From Massalongia carnosa (Eukaryota): 64,000 bases of DNA. The stretch lies in contig OZ287070.1 of the NCBI GenBank assembly GCA_965645245.1, positions 248,001 through 312,000 on the forward strand, in the 5' to 3' direction. Position numbers and translations under genes: made by a program. Below the pieces are notes generated by a model. The model saw only the letters and a list, made by a program, of their open reading frames with translations, was not told where the DNA came from and made no database searches. Positions within the stretch are counted from its first letter, which is position 1, and each line of letters opens with the position of its first letter. This document shows, in pieces, positions 24,401 through 36,454 of this stretch.

Positions 24401-24951
24401 GCTGTATCGATGCTCAAGTTTTGCCTGAAACAGCGCCTGGATCACGCAACATTAGACACACGCCTCTCGATCAAACTTAGCACTGACTTGTTTAATCACT
24501 ATTCCGCCGAGCGAATGTCCGACAAATATAATGGGACGGCGCAGCTCCTAAGAAATATCTTAGCCTTAGCGTCTTCGGGATCTAATGAATATCGGCAACC
24601 CACATCATCTTCCTCGCGCTTATCAATCAAACCGCTAAGCAAACTCCTTGCATGATCTATGATATCTGCAGTTGTGTTCCCGAATGCCGCATCAGCATTA
24701 TATCCAAATGTCATGACCCGAGCATTAGGTACGTCGTGTGGAAGGAAGTCTTTGAGCCAGAAGGCATTCGTCTGACGGCTCGTCCAAGTGTTCTCCGGGT
24801 CTCCATTGAGGCCATGAACCGCAACGATACTGAGTAGAAGACGTAAGTATATCGGTATGTTACAGGAGCGGCGATGTATAAAGGCTCACTCAGCCTTGAT
24901 GACCTCCGACTTCCCAGCGACATTTGATGGATATAAAACCCGTAAGCCCAT
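21485..24951 (-). CDS. Fungal NLR: alpha/beta-hydrolase (SesB/PGAP1-like lipase), NB-ARC, TPR; multi-exon
   Basis: Spliced MGLRVLYP..DIVAVHGLNG..WLKDFLP..GHSLGG..FLGTPHRGS..NHEEMCKF; Walker A GLGGSGKT; Walker B WLLIIDNAD; ILLTTR; GFLALAITQAG; 42-aa LGSEHPDTL..MNNLA repeats. Confidence 0.93.
21680..22400 (-). repeat. About six near-identical 126-bp TPR-coding tandem repeats
   Basis: CCATTGCCTCCTG recurs at 126-bp spacing. Confidence 0.93.
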
Positions 24952-27900
24952 GTCGACGGCTTTTCATACTCACATAGGTCGTGCGTGTTGCTTCTGCTCT
25001 TTGCGTTTCAAAGCTAATGACCGACCAAGTGTGGAAGACTCCGCGAATGTAACGGTTAATATGTTGACGAACAGATTTAGAACGAGGCTGAGCAGCTGAA
25101 GCCCAAAGTAGGCTCCAGCTATTACGCGAGCGGCTTTCAAAACGTCAACAGTATCAGAAGGGATATACCTATTAGAAATGCTATCACAACTCGTTGAGTT
25201 GTCAGTTTCTACAATCTGACTACTCGACAAACCATTGAAAGCATCTTATCAAAGCTATCGTCACGATCTATTACTAGAATATATTCCAACAAACCGTGTT
25301 GGAGAGGGACGTTCATACCAGAGAATGACTTGTGCGGTCGGGGCTGCAGCGCCGGAGATCTAGACAGACGTATGTAGCTAAATCAAGTATACCCCAGATT
25401 AGTACAGAATACAATTCCCCTTTCACATTAGAGCACTCAACCTAAAGTATCCGGAGCTGTGCGTTTGACGACTAATTTCATACAGTCGTTACTGATTTAG
25501 AAAATAGGCGGCTTTGTTCTTTTCTTATATTATTCTTGAGGAACATGACAGAACAACTACTCCCTACAGGAGCACAACTACGCATCCAAGCTGCTAAAAT
25601 CTTGAGATCATCGACAACATGTCTTCTTTCCTGTCGTCAACGGTCATCAGAAAAACTGGTAAACTCATGTCGTCGAGTCCAGCGGGCAAAATGACTCAAC
25701 GCAGTTGTGGTAGATAGTTGGATAAGCTTGAACAAGGAGAGCGGAAATAGGACCGCAATGTCTCGAATGATTTCAACGTATTCGGGAAGGGATAGCGTTG
25801 ATTTCATAAAGAGGCTTGAGACTGCCTGACTCACATACCTGCTCGAAGAGATTATTTTCTCTTTTTTTTCTGCAATCTGTTGTTCGAGTATTTATCTCAG
25901 CTTCTCTTCTACACGATTCTTGCAATTCCTATCAAAATCTCGACCCTCACTCTCTTAATGTTTGCCAACTATACCTAGGCTCTGGAGTTGCCATGCCTTC
26001 AGATCGCTCGATTTCCTCGCCTTCGTACCGCCCCCTGTCTCTAAGATCGCCAGCATCAGCTCTCACCTCGTGAATTTTATACTTCCATCAACGTGCTGGC
26101 CCCACTCTCGACACTGGAGCAGGACTTGTCCGAGTCCGAGGCGTTGGTTCAGAGCGTTCGCTTCTGCGTTGGAACCTCCTCCGCGAGTGACGAAGCTCGC
26201 CTGTACTTGGACGAATATGTCCGCATCAGCCATGTCGTACACGTCGGCGCTTTCGTTAAAGATCAGAATCTGCTGCTTGATGGTGCGCTTTCGGCCATCG
26301 TCAAGTTCATGAAACGCTTCGAGCGAGTTCAGCACCGCTTGAAAGGTTCAAACCTTGTTGTCCGAATAGTGAGCAGGCTATTCACATCGTCGAGAAGATC
26401 TCGTTCGCACCGATTGCTACTGTAGAGAGAAACGGACGAACAGCTCGAGGAGTATGTCAAAATGATGAGAGCGTCGATGATCCTCGCCCCGTTTGATGCG
26501 GAAGTCCTCATTTATGAGCTGGCTGAACGAGTTTTTTTAATTAAGACGATTCACACCTTGCTTTCGAGATTCCAGAAAAGCCGTGAGCACGTTTCGCAGG
26601 AGCCAAAGACCCCGTCCGAGGTGTGGGCGATGATCAAGGTGTTTGCCTTCGTGAGAGGCGCAACGATCGATTTCCCACCACAACGCCTACTAGCACCATC
26701 AACGGCGCAGTTGGATTTCCTGACCGACTACGTGGCAACCTTTACCACTCGGTCGGACGATCTCGCTGGCGTGCTGTTGTCGCTCACGAAATTCGACAAG
26801 CAGTTGTCGTAGCGGACCGCCTCTGTTGAAGGAGAAGTGCGACTTGCCGGGTGAGCCGTCGTCGGTGTAGAGGATGTTGATGGACATGGTGCGGGAGGAG
26901 CATTTGAGGACTATGGGGAATGGACTGGTGGAACTGGTGAAAACGGCGCAGGCGTGGGATATGCAGAGAGAGTTGGAGGGAATGGAAGGGGAGGACGGGG
27001 GTGTTAAATAATCTTCGGTGAGGAGCATTTAAGAGTCATGGAAAGTGACACAGGCACGAGATTTGCAGGAACAGAAGCAGGAATAAACGGTGCTGGAGGG
27101 GACTAAGAAGGACGGAAAGGACGAGGAAGATTTTGGATTTTATTATACGATCCAAAACACGAGCTGTATGTAGATATATAAATAAACAAAAATATCTGCG
27201 CATTGACTGACAGACTTACTGATTGACAGATAGACAGAATTCCTCCCATCTTAAAACAATCCACTTACTCACACACTCAATCAAGTAGTCAAGACTGACT
27301 CCCAATCATCAGTCGTTCGTTGCAGTTTTCCCACTATCTAGTCTATTCTAGTTTAATTCAAGTCTAGTCATGAAACTGAAAGGACATAACTTTAACATAA
27401 TCAAGTTACGATGAAGAAGATGAAGAAGACGAAGACGGAGGAGACAAGAGCGGGGAGAACAAAGGAAAGACAAAACTAGCTCGATGATGAGAAGACCAAG
27501 GTTAAGGCTATTAACCTCTGGAATTAACCTTTTGATTTGAGTAATATAATCAAAATAAAAAGAAAGTGCTCAACCAATCAAGCTGATTGATTGACTAACT
27601 GCGAACGAACCAGACAGATAAATGTATCAATATTTACTCTAGAGTAGCTTTAAAGACCAAACGACACAGCATTTATGGGTAAATAAATTTTAGGCTTTGC
27701 GACTTGGAAATTTCAATTATTAACATTCGAAGCGTATTTAAAAGAGAGCGCTTCTCTAATGAGTAGACTTGTTTGAAGTATAGGAGTTGGATGGTTTTGA
27801 TAACTGATGTATTATCGAAGGAGGAAGAGAGGGAAAAATGATATCAATAGTTATACCCTTAAGTGTACACCCGTTTGCAAAATGTGCCGAACTTTGAACC

Positions 27901-28010
27901 CCGAAACTGCGCGGTAAAAAAAAAAAATAAGCGACAGAATTGAACCACACATCAGAATTTGATGCGGTAGCTAATGACCCTCCTCCCCTTCACCCCGCCT
28001 TTTGCAGTCT

Positions 28011-29235
28011 ATGATGATGATAATTCTTATTCCGATGTGGTACCGGCCGAAGGCCGGCCCATGCGGGCAAATCTATGGGATTATATAATACAAGGAAAAC
28101 CTTTTGAGGAAGAAAAACCAAGTAATCCGATACTTCCACGAATACTCTCCGAGTCTCCGTCGAGAGATCTTCCTAAATAACAGTTGACCGATGACAAGTT
28201 AAAGAAAAGAATCGACGTATTTAATCGCCAATTGTCAATGATATAAATGCTGTGCTGCCAGTGAGAACTGGGTCAGTAAGCCGGTCTTCATTAACCAAGC
28301 GGTGACTAGTTTCATCGCTCTAGATGAGTCAGTAATGAGTCGATAATTATTTGTTCCTATGGAGCGTAACATTGAATGTCTGTTACTGTTGAGTTTGCAA
28401 AACATGATTACATGTTTCGCGGTTTGTTTTGGCCAGCCACATGGACACTTCGGTGTCAAGACGTCGGCAACGCGACGTCTAAATAGGAAGTCGGCTAGAC
28501 CTATCTTTTCTGAGCGTATCTGAAATTCTAGAGCGCTTTCTGCTTTAGCTAGAGTTTCGTGTAATTTGATGAGTTTTTTTGTGAGTGGGGCTGCTTGTGC
28601 TGGAGTAGGCGTAGATGTGAGGTTCTGATATGATTTCCAAGAGGTCTGCCATGCGTCTGTATATCGTTTTTTTATTTTTGCGATTATTTTGCCTTGAACG
28701 GCACGCGCTTCTTGGATGTCTCGAGCTGTATTTGGGGGGGTTTCGGCCCATGGTGGGTTCGCTACCGGCATCAGGCTTTTTTGTGTATCCGATGTTATTT
28801 TCTTGGCCCATGCATATTTCAGCGTTCCCGGAGTACTCGCAGGAGCTCGCTTCGGTCCAGCCCGTCCTCTGAGTTTGTTTGCAATGGAGTTGCATGCATT
28901 GATGATGAATTTCTTTTGACCTCCCTGACACAAGCGATGTCTAGCCTGAGCCTGAAGTTGATCTAGATGTATATCAATTGGGGCTATGTACGTTTCCGCT
29001 TCCAGTACCGGTATGGGAGTCGCCTTAAATGCCCCAGTTATAGTTCGTAAGCATTTATTCTGTATGACGGCTAGCTTGTTTGAGATGCCGTTCGATTTTT
29101 TTATGTCCTTTAGCGTATGCTATATGGTGGAACCATACGTCATGGCCGGACGGACTACGGCGGTGAATACTTGGCGGGCTTTTGGAAAGGTGGCGCCCCA
29201 TGTGGATGTAGAAATTTTTGTAAGTGCCTTGGATT
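28011..29235 (-). mobile_element. 5'-truncated copy of the same Tad1 LINE (3' part of ORF2, 3'UTR, (ATC)n tail)
   Basis: High identity to 9817-9892 plus 12721-13866; lacks the Harbinger insertion. Confidence 0.95.
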
Positions 29236-29469
29236 CTTTTCGTTTAAGTAAATCTGATTTCCAAGAGTCTTATTGAATGGGATCTCTAATTCCATTAAGC
29301 ATATGAGATAGAGTATCAGAAAGGGCAAGCAAATTAGGGCTGAGTTAGTTCAATAAGGGTTTCGTAGTTAGCTGTCATCACAAATAATAATGCCGTTAAA
29401 TCCCCTCACCGTTGCAAGCTGTTGTTCGCTAAGCTTATTTCTTAACATGTCTTAATCCAACAGTATTCA

Positions 29470-30966
29470 ATGATGTCTGCCAATCACGATTTAGTCTATG
29501 TTCTTGCTTCTCTTAAACACATAAAAGAGCACGCGCTGGTTCCAACCATTAAACCACAGAGAGGAGACACCTCGCTATACTAAATGATATAGCTTTACTC
29601 TTGGTCACCAAACCCAGAGGAGATGTTACAGCAGTCATCATGCGGCACACATGCCGCTGAGATCGCGTTCTATTACGCCAAAAACGGCCCATGCTCTGAT
29701 GATTTAAGACAATATCTCAACACAGTTCAAGAAATCCTTATAGATACTGAGGGCATTCCCAAGATGCTACTCAAGTTTTAAACAGAAGTCATGCTTGCCT
29801 GTACCGATAAGTTCAAGTCGAGAGTGATAAAATGTAAGAAAGCCTCGACGGACTGTGGCCGTCCTATGCTCGACCAGGAAGAAAATGCCGCTCAATTCGA
29901 GCTGTCCAAAAGCTATTCTGCATGGAGTGGTAAGAAGCTTGATTATATTATTGGTTCTTTCTTGGATGAACTTCGCGATTTTGATGTGACTACAAAGACC
30001 TTAAAATCGGCAGTTCGGAAGTCTATGCTCCTTACCAAGCAAGCTTATCTTATTGGTATGTGCTCATGTTATTTCTTAATATCTATTAAGAAAAAAATCT
30101 AACCTCATTATAGGTTTGGAAGACTTTTGAAATCATACCCAGTTCTTCTAAGACGAGTTCAGAAGTTAGGAGTTTACTACGGAGCGACTTGGCGAATTCA
30201 GGGTCTGATGAATCACCCTGTGTATTCCAAACTTCGGGGCAAGATCCGATTTTATGAGGTCAGGAATATCTTGCTCTCGGTTTCGTTACGAAGGATTTGA
30301 AGGTACCTAGGCTTACCATTATCGATAGGTCCGGCCTCCTCCTCCCAGAGTTGTTCAATACGTCGAAACATGGCGGAGATTATCAACGATAATGTGAGGG
30401 GTAACGGCGAGGAGGAAATCGGTTTCGACGACTTAGCCATTAAATATCCCAATCATCGTTTTTTCGCAGTTGGACTCGCGACAGTGACTGTATCGTCACA
30501 TTGTGAGCTAACCCTTGCGCTATATTCTCAAAGGAGTTGAGATTTGTCCAGAACTCCTATCGGTGTGTCAAAACGGGTATGTTGGCTTTGCCACCATTAC
30601 TTGGAGAATCTAGCCAATATCGAGAAAGTTGAATTTCTTGTATCAGAGAACCAAGGTAAAATCCACGGTGGCTGGGCCATGCCACCGGATACGTCAAACG
30701 CGCTAACCACGCAAATCCGCACTGAGAAAATATGTTTGGCAAACTTCCTGTTTAAGAGACCGCCCTTCATGCCAAAGAAAGACCATCATACACACGCAAT
30801 GGAGGCGGCCATGCGGCTGCTAGTTCAGTGGGAAATTAACGATATCCGCGAAAGCATAATCGCTCGCCGACGAAGTGATTCATTTCCAAACGAAGAGTGG
30901 AATGATACTTTGCGGAATCACTGTGTTACGGATTGGTTGGACTCAGACTCTACTATAAAACCCTAA
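29470..30966 (+). pseudogene. OTT_1508-like nucleic-acid deaminase pseudogene
   Basis: LNDIALLLV..GDVTAV..YYAKN N-terminal region; HCELTL..IGVSKRVCWLC zinc-deaminase motif; frameshifts near 29550 and 29650 and in-frame TGA at 30538. Confidence 0.8.
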
Positions 30967-31540
30967 CCCTTTGACACGAACCAAGTCGTGCAGTTGACGG
31001 GACGTAGCGACAGTCAACAACTTGGAAACTAACGCACAGCAGCATGGGGGCGTTAGAGATCCGCTCCGCTAAACCGTTTCCAATCTTCTTCGAAAAACGA
31101 AAAAAAGAAGTTCGTGCAGGGGTTTATGGGCATGAACTAGCTTGGCATGGGTATGGAATTTTGTAAGAGGCGGGTTTATATTGATCGTCGGAGTAAGTCG
31201 CCGGATTTGATACTACTTAATATACGATTCTGAAACCTCAGATTTGACGACTGTTGTAGGCTCTTTTTTGTCAGCAACGGCAGTAAAACGCCTATGGTTC
31301 GGAGAGATATCCGTTTGTACCTGCTTCTTGCCGTGGTCGTCGGACTTTTTCATTCCTGCTTCACTGGCAGCAACGTGGCACCCGCGGCTTGTCTAGATCT
31401 CGACCTGAAACACACATGAAAATAATGTACCCAAAGGTTTAAAACTACGACCGGGAATCCTGTCAAGCTTTGCTCTTTCTCTCCTCTTAACTTTTCTTTT
31501 CTTTTCTTTATCTTTCTTTTCAGGCACCGAGTTCTCGAGC

Positions 31541-32696
31541 ATGGATATATTTTTCCTGCTTTTTGTGACTTTTGCAATTACAAATGCCTTTACCAAAATT
31601 CCTATGCATCTGCGGAAGAGCAGCCGTTTATCGCTAGCACCGAGAGGTTTCGATGTGCCAGATTTCACTTGTCCGGGGCTTTACAGAAAAACTTGCTGTC
31701 GCAGAAAACTCAAGAAGCCGTGGCAAAACCTTCAAGCATGCGGCGACTGTAAGTGTATTAACTCTCTACGGCTCTAATTATTGCGGATCCATTCAGACAT
31801 GCTCCATAAACCAGCCAAAGCAAGCATTGCTGATATAGGCCACTAAATGACAAACGCAGTCCACGAAATCACAGATTACCAGGAATACGCAGTCAAATGT
31901 GTGAACAGGGAAAGATTCGGTTTGTTTTGCTGCAAACGTGTTGTGAGTAGTCCGGCTTGTCGACTAACAAAAAAACACCGCTTTTCGGCTACGAGAAATT
32001 GTTCGCTCCATGACTGACATGGGATTTTAGGAAAAAAGTGAAGTCGACGAGGCATTTGACGAAGGAATTGATTGTACGTTTTCTGAAGACACCAAAAAGG
32101 TCGAGCCACAAGACATCTTCAACTCCATCCACGATGGCGTTCGCAACTTGCGCCAAGGCATCAACCAAAAACTCCGCGAGTGGGCGCCCCCCCAACGGGA
32201 TGAGAACGGCGCCGTATGTCCAACCCCCGAACATGAACCCGCCGAAAAGGCACTAAACGAAGGCCGCACCAAGTTGCAAGACGCCGGGGATGAGATCGCA
32301 ACAACCGCACAGCAGCAGCAACAACATCCCGGATGCCCAAAACAGAGCAACGCCGGGGATATCCCGCCAGGCAGCAGCCTGCCCAAGGAAGCCGAGGGGT
32401 TGTCGCCAGGCGATCTCCAACCAACGTATTACCCGGGAGATCCGGGGAACGTTCCTTTGGAAAATGCCGCCCAGCTAGGCGCAGTTGCGGAAGCCGTTTC
32501 GCTGGACCCGCTGATGGGAGCGGATGCTGGGGATGTCTGGCCCTTGCTGCAGAACGGTGTGGTGGGTGGTTCGTCGCCCGTCGCGCAGCTGGAGGCTTCG
32601 GGGTTACAGGTGGACTCGTCGTTTGGGCAATTCCAGGCTGATACTCCCGTCGATACAAGCGCGGAATTCGGGTTGCTCGGGCAGCCATCAACGTGA
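31541..32696 (+). CDS. Secreted protein with hydrophobin-type 8-Cys domain and long acidic C-terminal tail (exons 31541-31748, 31875-31942, 32031-32696)
   Basis: Signal-peptide-like N-terminus; GT-AG introns keep the frame; C-X7-CC-X13-C-X10-C-X9-CC-X17-C. Confidence 0.78.
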
Positions 32697-32930
32697 AACC
32701 TCATCTGAATCTCCAAAAGCGCCCTCTGGGGAAATACGCATTGGGGTCAAAGTTGTCATTTTGGTCCTCCGATGAACTTTAATTAGGAGTTTGTAACATA
32801 TTTGTATGACCTTCATGGGGAATTTCGGTTGTTAAATACTGTTTATCTCACAAGATTCTGGACAAAATTTCATGGACGATTTTTGCGAATTAATGATAGA
32901 AAATGAACAAATGCAGAGTGCTCGAGTTAT

Positions 32931-33719
32931 CTACGTGTTAGACTTGTATACAGCAACATATTTCACCTGCATCCCAGACTCATAACCGTCAAGTGTCTGA
33001 CCGTTTGGATTTCCCGGATAATCACCTCCAACCGCCACGTTCAAGATGGGGAAAAACGCCATGTGTGCCACCTGCGCCCATGGTTCGGAAGCGCCTACCA
33101 TTGCGCCGGTCACCTCAAAGAAAATATTGCCATCCAGTAACCACGTCAACTTCTGCTCCTCAAACCTGTTGGACAAGAGATCAACTTTGAGCGCCCAGGT
33201 ATGCCAGCTCCCCGGCGCGAAATCGACCCTGCCGCTAAACATCTGGTGATTCCCGCCGCTGTTGAGGAGATGCAGCGTGCTCTGGTTGGAGGTCGAGCCA
33301 TTGATGGGCTCAAGAATGTCCCACTCGCCACACTTCGGCCAGCCCACGCCGTTGCGGACACCATTGCCGAGGGTCCAGAAAGCGGGCCATATGCCCTGCT
33401 GTTGCCACGCTGGGTTGTTGCCTAGCCGAATCTCCGCCTGAAAGATCATGGTGTGGTTCGGGTCGCAGGAGAAGCTGTTCCAGCCCTCAAGGCGCGCCGA
33501 GGTCCAATGTCCTGAACCGTCCTTGAGAGGGATGATGAAGAGCTGGCCATTTCCGGAGAGATGCGCGTTGGCGGTCGAAGTTGTGTATTCCTGGACCTCG
33601 TGGTTTACGTTTATGCTGGTCTTCGAATGCCAATTATTCCCGTTGACGGCCGCGTTGGAGGGGCCGTCAAACTCATCCGCCCAAACGCGAGCGTACCCGC
33701 GAATATCTGGAGCCGGCAT
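32931..33719 (-). CDS. GH16 beta-1,3-glucanase (laminarinase-like), single exon, no signal peptide
   Basis: WADEFDG, WTSARL, GIWPAFWTLG, WPKCGEWDILE (ExDxxE), ILNVAVGG. Confidence 0.93.
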   Translation of the reverse strand: MPAPDIRGYARVWADEFDGPSNAAVNGNNWHSKTSINVNHEVQEYTTSTANAHLSGNGQLFIIPLKDGSGHWTSARLEGWNSFSCDPNHTMIFQAEIRLGNNPAWQQQGIWPAFWTLGNGVRNGVGWPKCGEWDILEPINGSTSNQSTLHLLNSGGNHQMFSGRVDFAPGSWHTWALKVDLLSNRFEEQKLTWLLDGNIFFEVTGAMVGASEPWAQVAHMAFFPILNVAVGGDYPGNPNGQTLDGYESGMQVKYVAVYKSNT

Positions 33720-36184
33720 AGTAATCAGACTGCTGCGAGTATTGAAAGCGGGAAGTGGTTGACGTTATGTATAGGGAAGCTAGCTATTTCGATGCTCACA
33801 GAAATCGACCAGAAGGAATTGCAAAAAATGAAATGTTTTTAAATAATATTAATTTCGTCGTGCATCTAAGCTGTACCTTTGCATCATCTGAGCTTCATCA
33901 GAAGATTTCACAGCCCATTCGGAGAACCCATGATTTCCTAGTTTTCCAAACACACACTCATGATCTGACGTCATGCAGAGGGTCTGATCGGATTAGCTTG
34001 GGGATAGTCGTCATCTACGGGCAGAAGACTAGATAGCCATTCTTTGGCGAAGCTGAAATGGTGTGCCCATCCACGCACGAGTGCAAGTGTAGAACTTGCT
34101 CGAAAATGAATGCCCCTGGTCGCTAGTCAACCCAGGGCTACTATTGGACAGGAAAAGGAAATTCTTCAGTCCTCCTGATCTCATACGCTTTCAATGCGAT
34201 TCTTGGTCGTCCACCACTCCTCATTACCTGTTATGGCCAATCAAATAGAATGGACCGTAATGTTTCTTTTCACCTCCTTTGCTAAGCTCCTCGCGTTGTC
34301 CGCGTGCAACCAGAATCTCAAGGATGCAAAGACTCCAGTGGTGAGCCCATAAGACAACTCCTAAAGAGCATTCCCAATCAGCCTATAAAATTGTCGAAAC
34401 ATGATATCTAGCTTAGATTGGTCCGTACTTGGTTCGTATTCTAAGACCTGAATGCTGGTATCACGGTTGAGCTTCGCTCCTGCTTGAAGCTCTAATACTA
34501 GCGTTATTCTTCGGAAGGCGTTCAGCTGCAGAGATGATACGGCTATCTTAGAACTGCAACAGACCGACATCTCGTGGTTGATGGCTTTAAAATTTCCAGT
34601 GTTCAGCGCGACCGGGGCGTTAACTATGTGCTCGTACCATCAACCTTGCCTGCAGTCAGCGACATAGTCAGCAGTTTCGATCATATTGGCATTGCGAATA
34701 CCCATGACGATATGGACGGTAGGTGAACCACACTGGTAGGAAGTAGTGGAAGATCTATATATGGGTATATGTTCAAGTGAACAGGCAATGGTGTGTGAGG
34801 CCCATGTCTAAAGTCAAGTGTACGGTCATGTGCTGGTAAGGCTGTACTACCACTCCAACAACCTAACTTATTCGATGCTTTCAAAGAACAGGAAACTACT
34901 ATGCATTCTCGATTCTTGATGCAAAATCGATGCATAACTACGTAGATGGAATACTTGCAACCAAATTGGGCAATTTGAGTATTAGATTTACCAACGTTTT
35001 TTTGTGTTTGACAGACAAGCTGCTCGAAACTCATGATGGGCAGCCTCTACGTCCATATACACACGTCTTGGGAGTATAGGTATTAAAGCTTGATTTATTG
35101 ATCTAAGCTCTTGGTGATTGGAGAATGAATCACGTTTTAGATAGACACTTGGATTGAGGTGATGATTGCTTGCATTGAAAGGATTTTGCACCCATTCTCT
35201 CAGTTACTAGAATGTTGGGATTCGGTTAATAGATTACCGTATCCGAGCTACATATCGCTTACTGCTTGACCACTAAACTGGCTGACAATAGGAGAATCAC
35301 AAGTTTCGAATTTAAGTAGACAACAGAGAGAGCAAGAAAATACAGTCAGTTCACCGTTTTCACCCTCCCGCACTTGTTCATTTCCTCCTATCTACCCACC
35401 AACCCTCTCTCCTCAATAGGTTTTCTTGTCTCATCCCCAATGGACAGAACCACCTTCGTGTCCCTGCTTTTCGTGCACCAGCACATCACCCGCCTTTATT
35501 GGCGTGATGCCCGCTATACAAAAAAAGCCCTTTTAATACCCTCTCCTACTAAGGAGCCGTTTCAAAATACCTTGGTAGCTTCCTTCCGTAACAACAGGAG
35601 TACACAAATGGGCCTACTGAACTGTTGCCTGATAACCTTTGGGTCGGAATCAACTGTTTCTAGCTAGATCGGACGGTTGTGCACGTTTAGAAGGACGGTA
35701 TTGCATCGTTGAGCGCATCAACGTCCCGGCAAGGTCGAAATATACTTTGGAAAAGCGTTTATCTTTCGCCTTTTTCCTCGTCAAAACTACGTGCAGAAAG
35801 GAGTGGTACCGTACAGTCCCAGCGCCATTATCCGCTTGAGAGTCTCATTCAGAAGTAGAGAGTGATTTAGGTGCTCGCAATTTTATGTAATCTGGTATAA
35901 GAGCTCAAGTCCCCATCTACAGTCATTCACTGTGGTGGGGTGAAAAACGCGAGTGGTGACGGGGAGGGAGCTTACGAGCCAGAGGTATGGCATAACGGAG
36001 AGGTTTTATTGGGCTGAGTAGCATAGTCGCAGACGTAAGCGGGAACGCGTGAGTGATACGAAAGAGACTGGTGGTTGTTCCGTGTTAGGGACAGGGGTTC
36101 ACAATTATGATCAAGTCGTTGGGACAGAGGCAGGTCGATGACCAATTGTTGGGCCAGTATCGTGTGTTGATATGTATCGGAAGG

Positions 36185-36454
36185 TGTTGAATATCCAATT
36201 CCTACCAGCACAATGAACACCTATCAGTTCAATGAACATAGCACCCACGGCTGCCCTAGATTGACAGATCATCTACGGTAACCGTAGATGCCGCATTAGG
36301 CTTAGTCCCAAGATAAGATAAGATCACCTCGCTTAGACCAGTAAGTTAATAGGAAAAGATTGCTGCATAGCAACTCTTCATCCTTAACATCACGGTCATA
36401 CATACCTTTATTATTACATAGCCATATAGCCATAGTCATATACATATTTCAACA
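36185..36454. mobile_element. Solo LTR, same family as 524-809
   Basis: TGTTGAA...TTCAACA; perfect TSD GAAGG. Confidence 0.9.

Noticed and set aside
23870..25300. Amyloid signalling motif or HeLo partner next to the NLR
   Set aside because: The NLR starts directly with a hydrolase domain; no G/N/Q-rich motif or adjacent effector gene seen
26830..26890. Viral helicase P-loop in NILYTDDGSPGKS
   Set aside because: Spacing does not fit GxxxxGKS and no Walker B follows
1..31000. Starship captain (DUF3435) or DUF3723 gene
   Set aside because: No tyrosine-recombinase or DUF3723-like motifs recognised and no boundary repeats found
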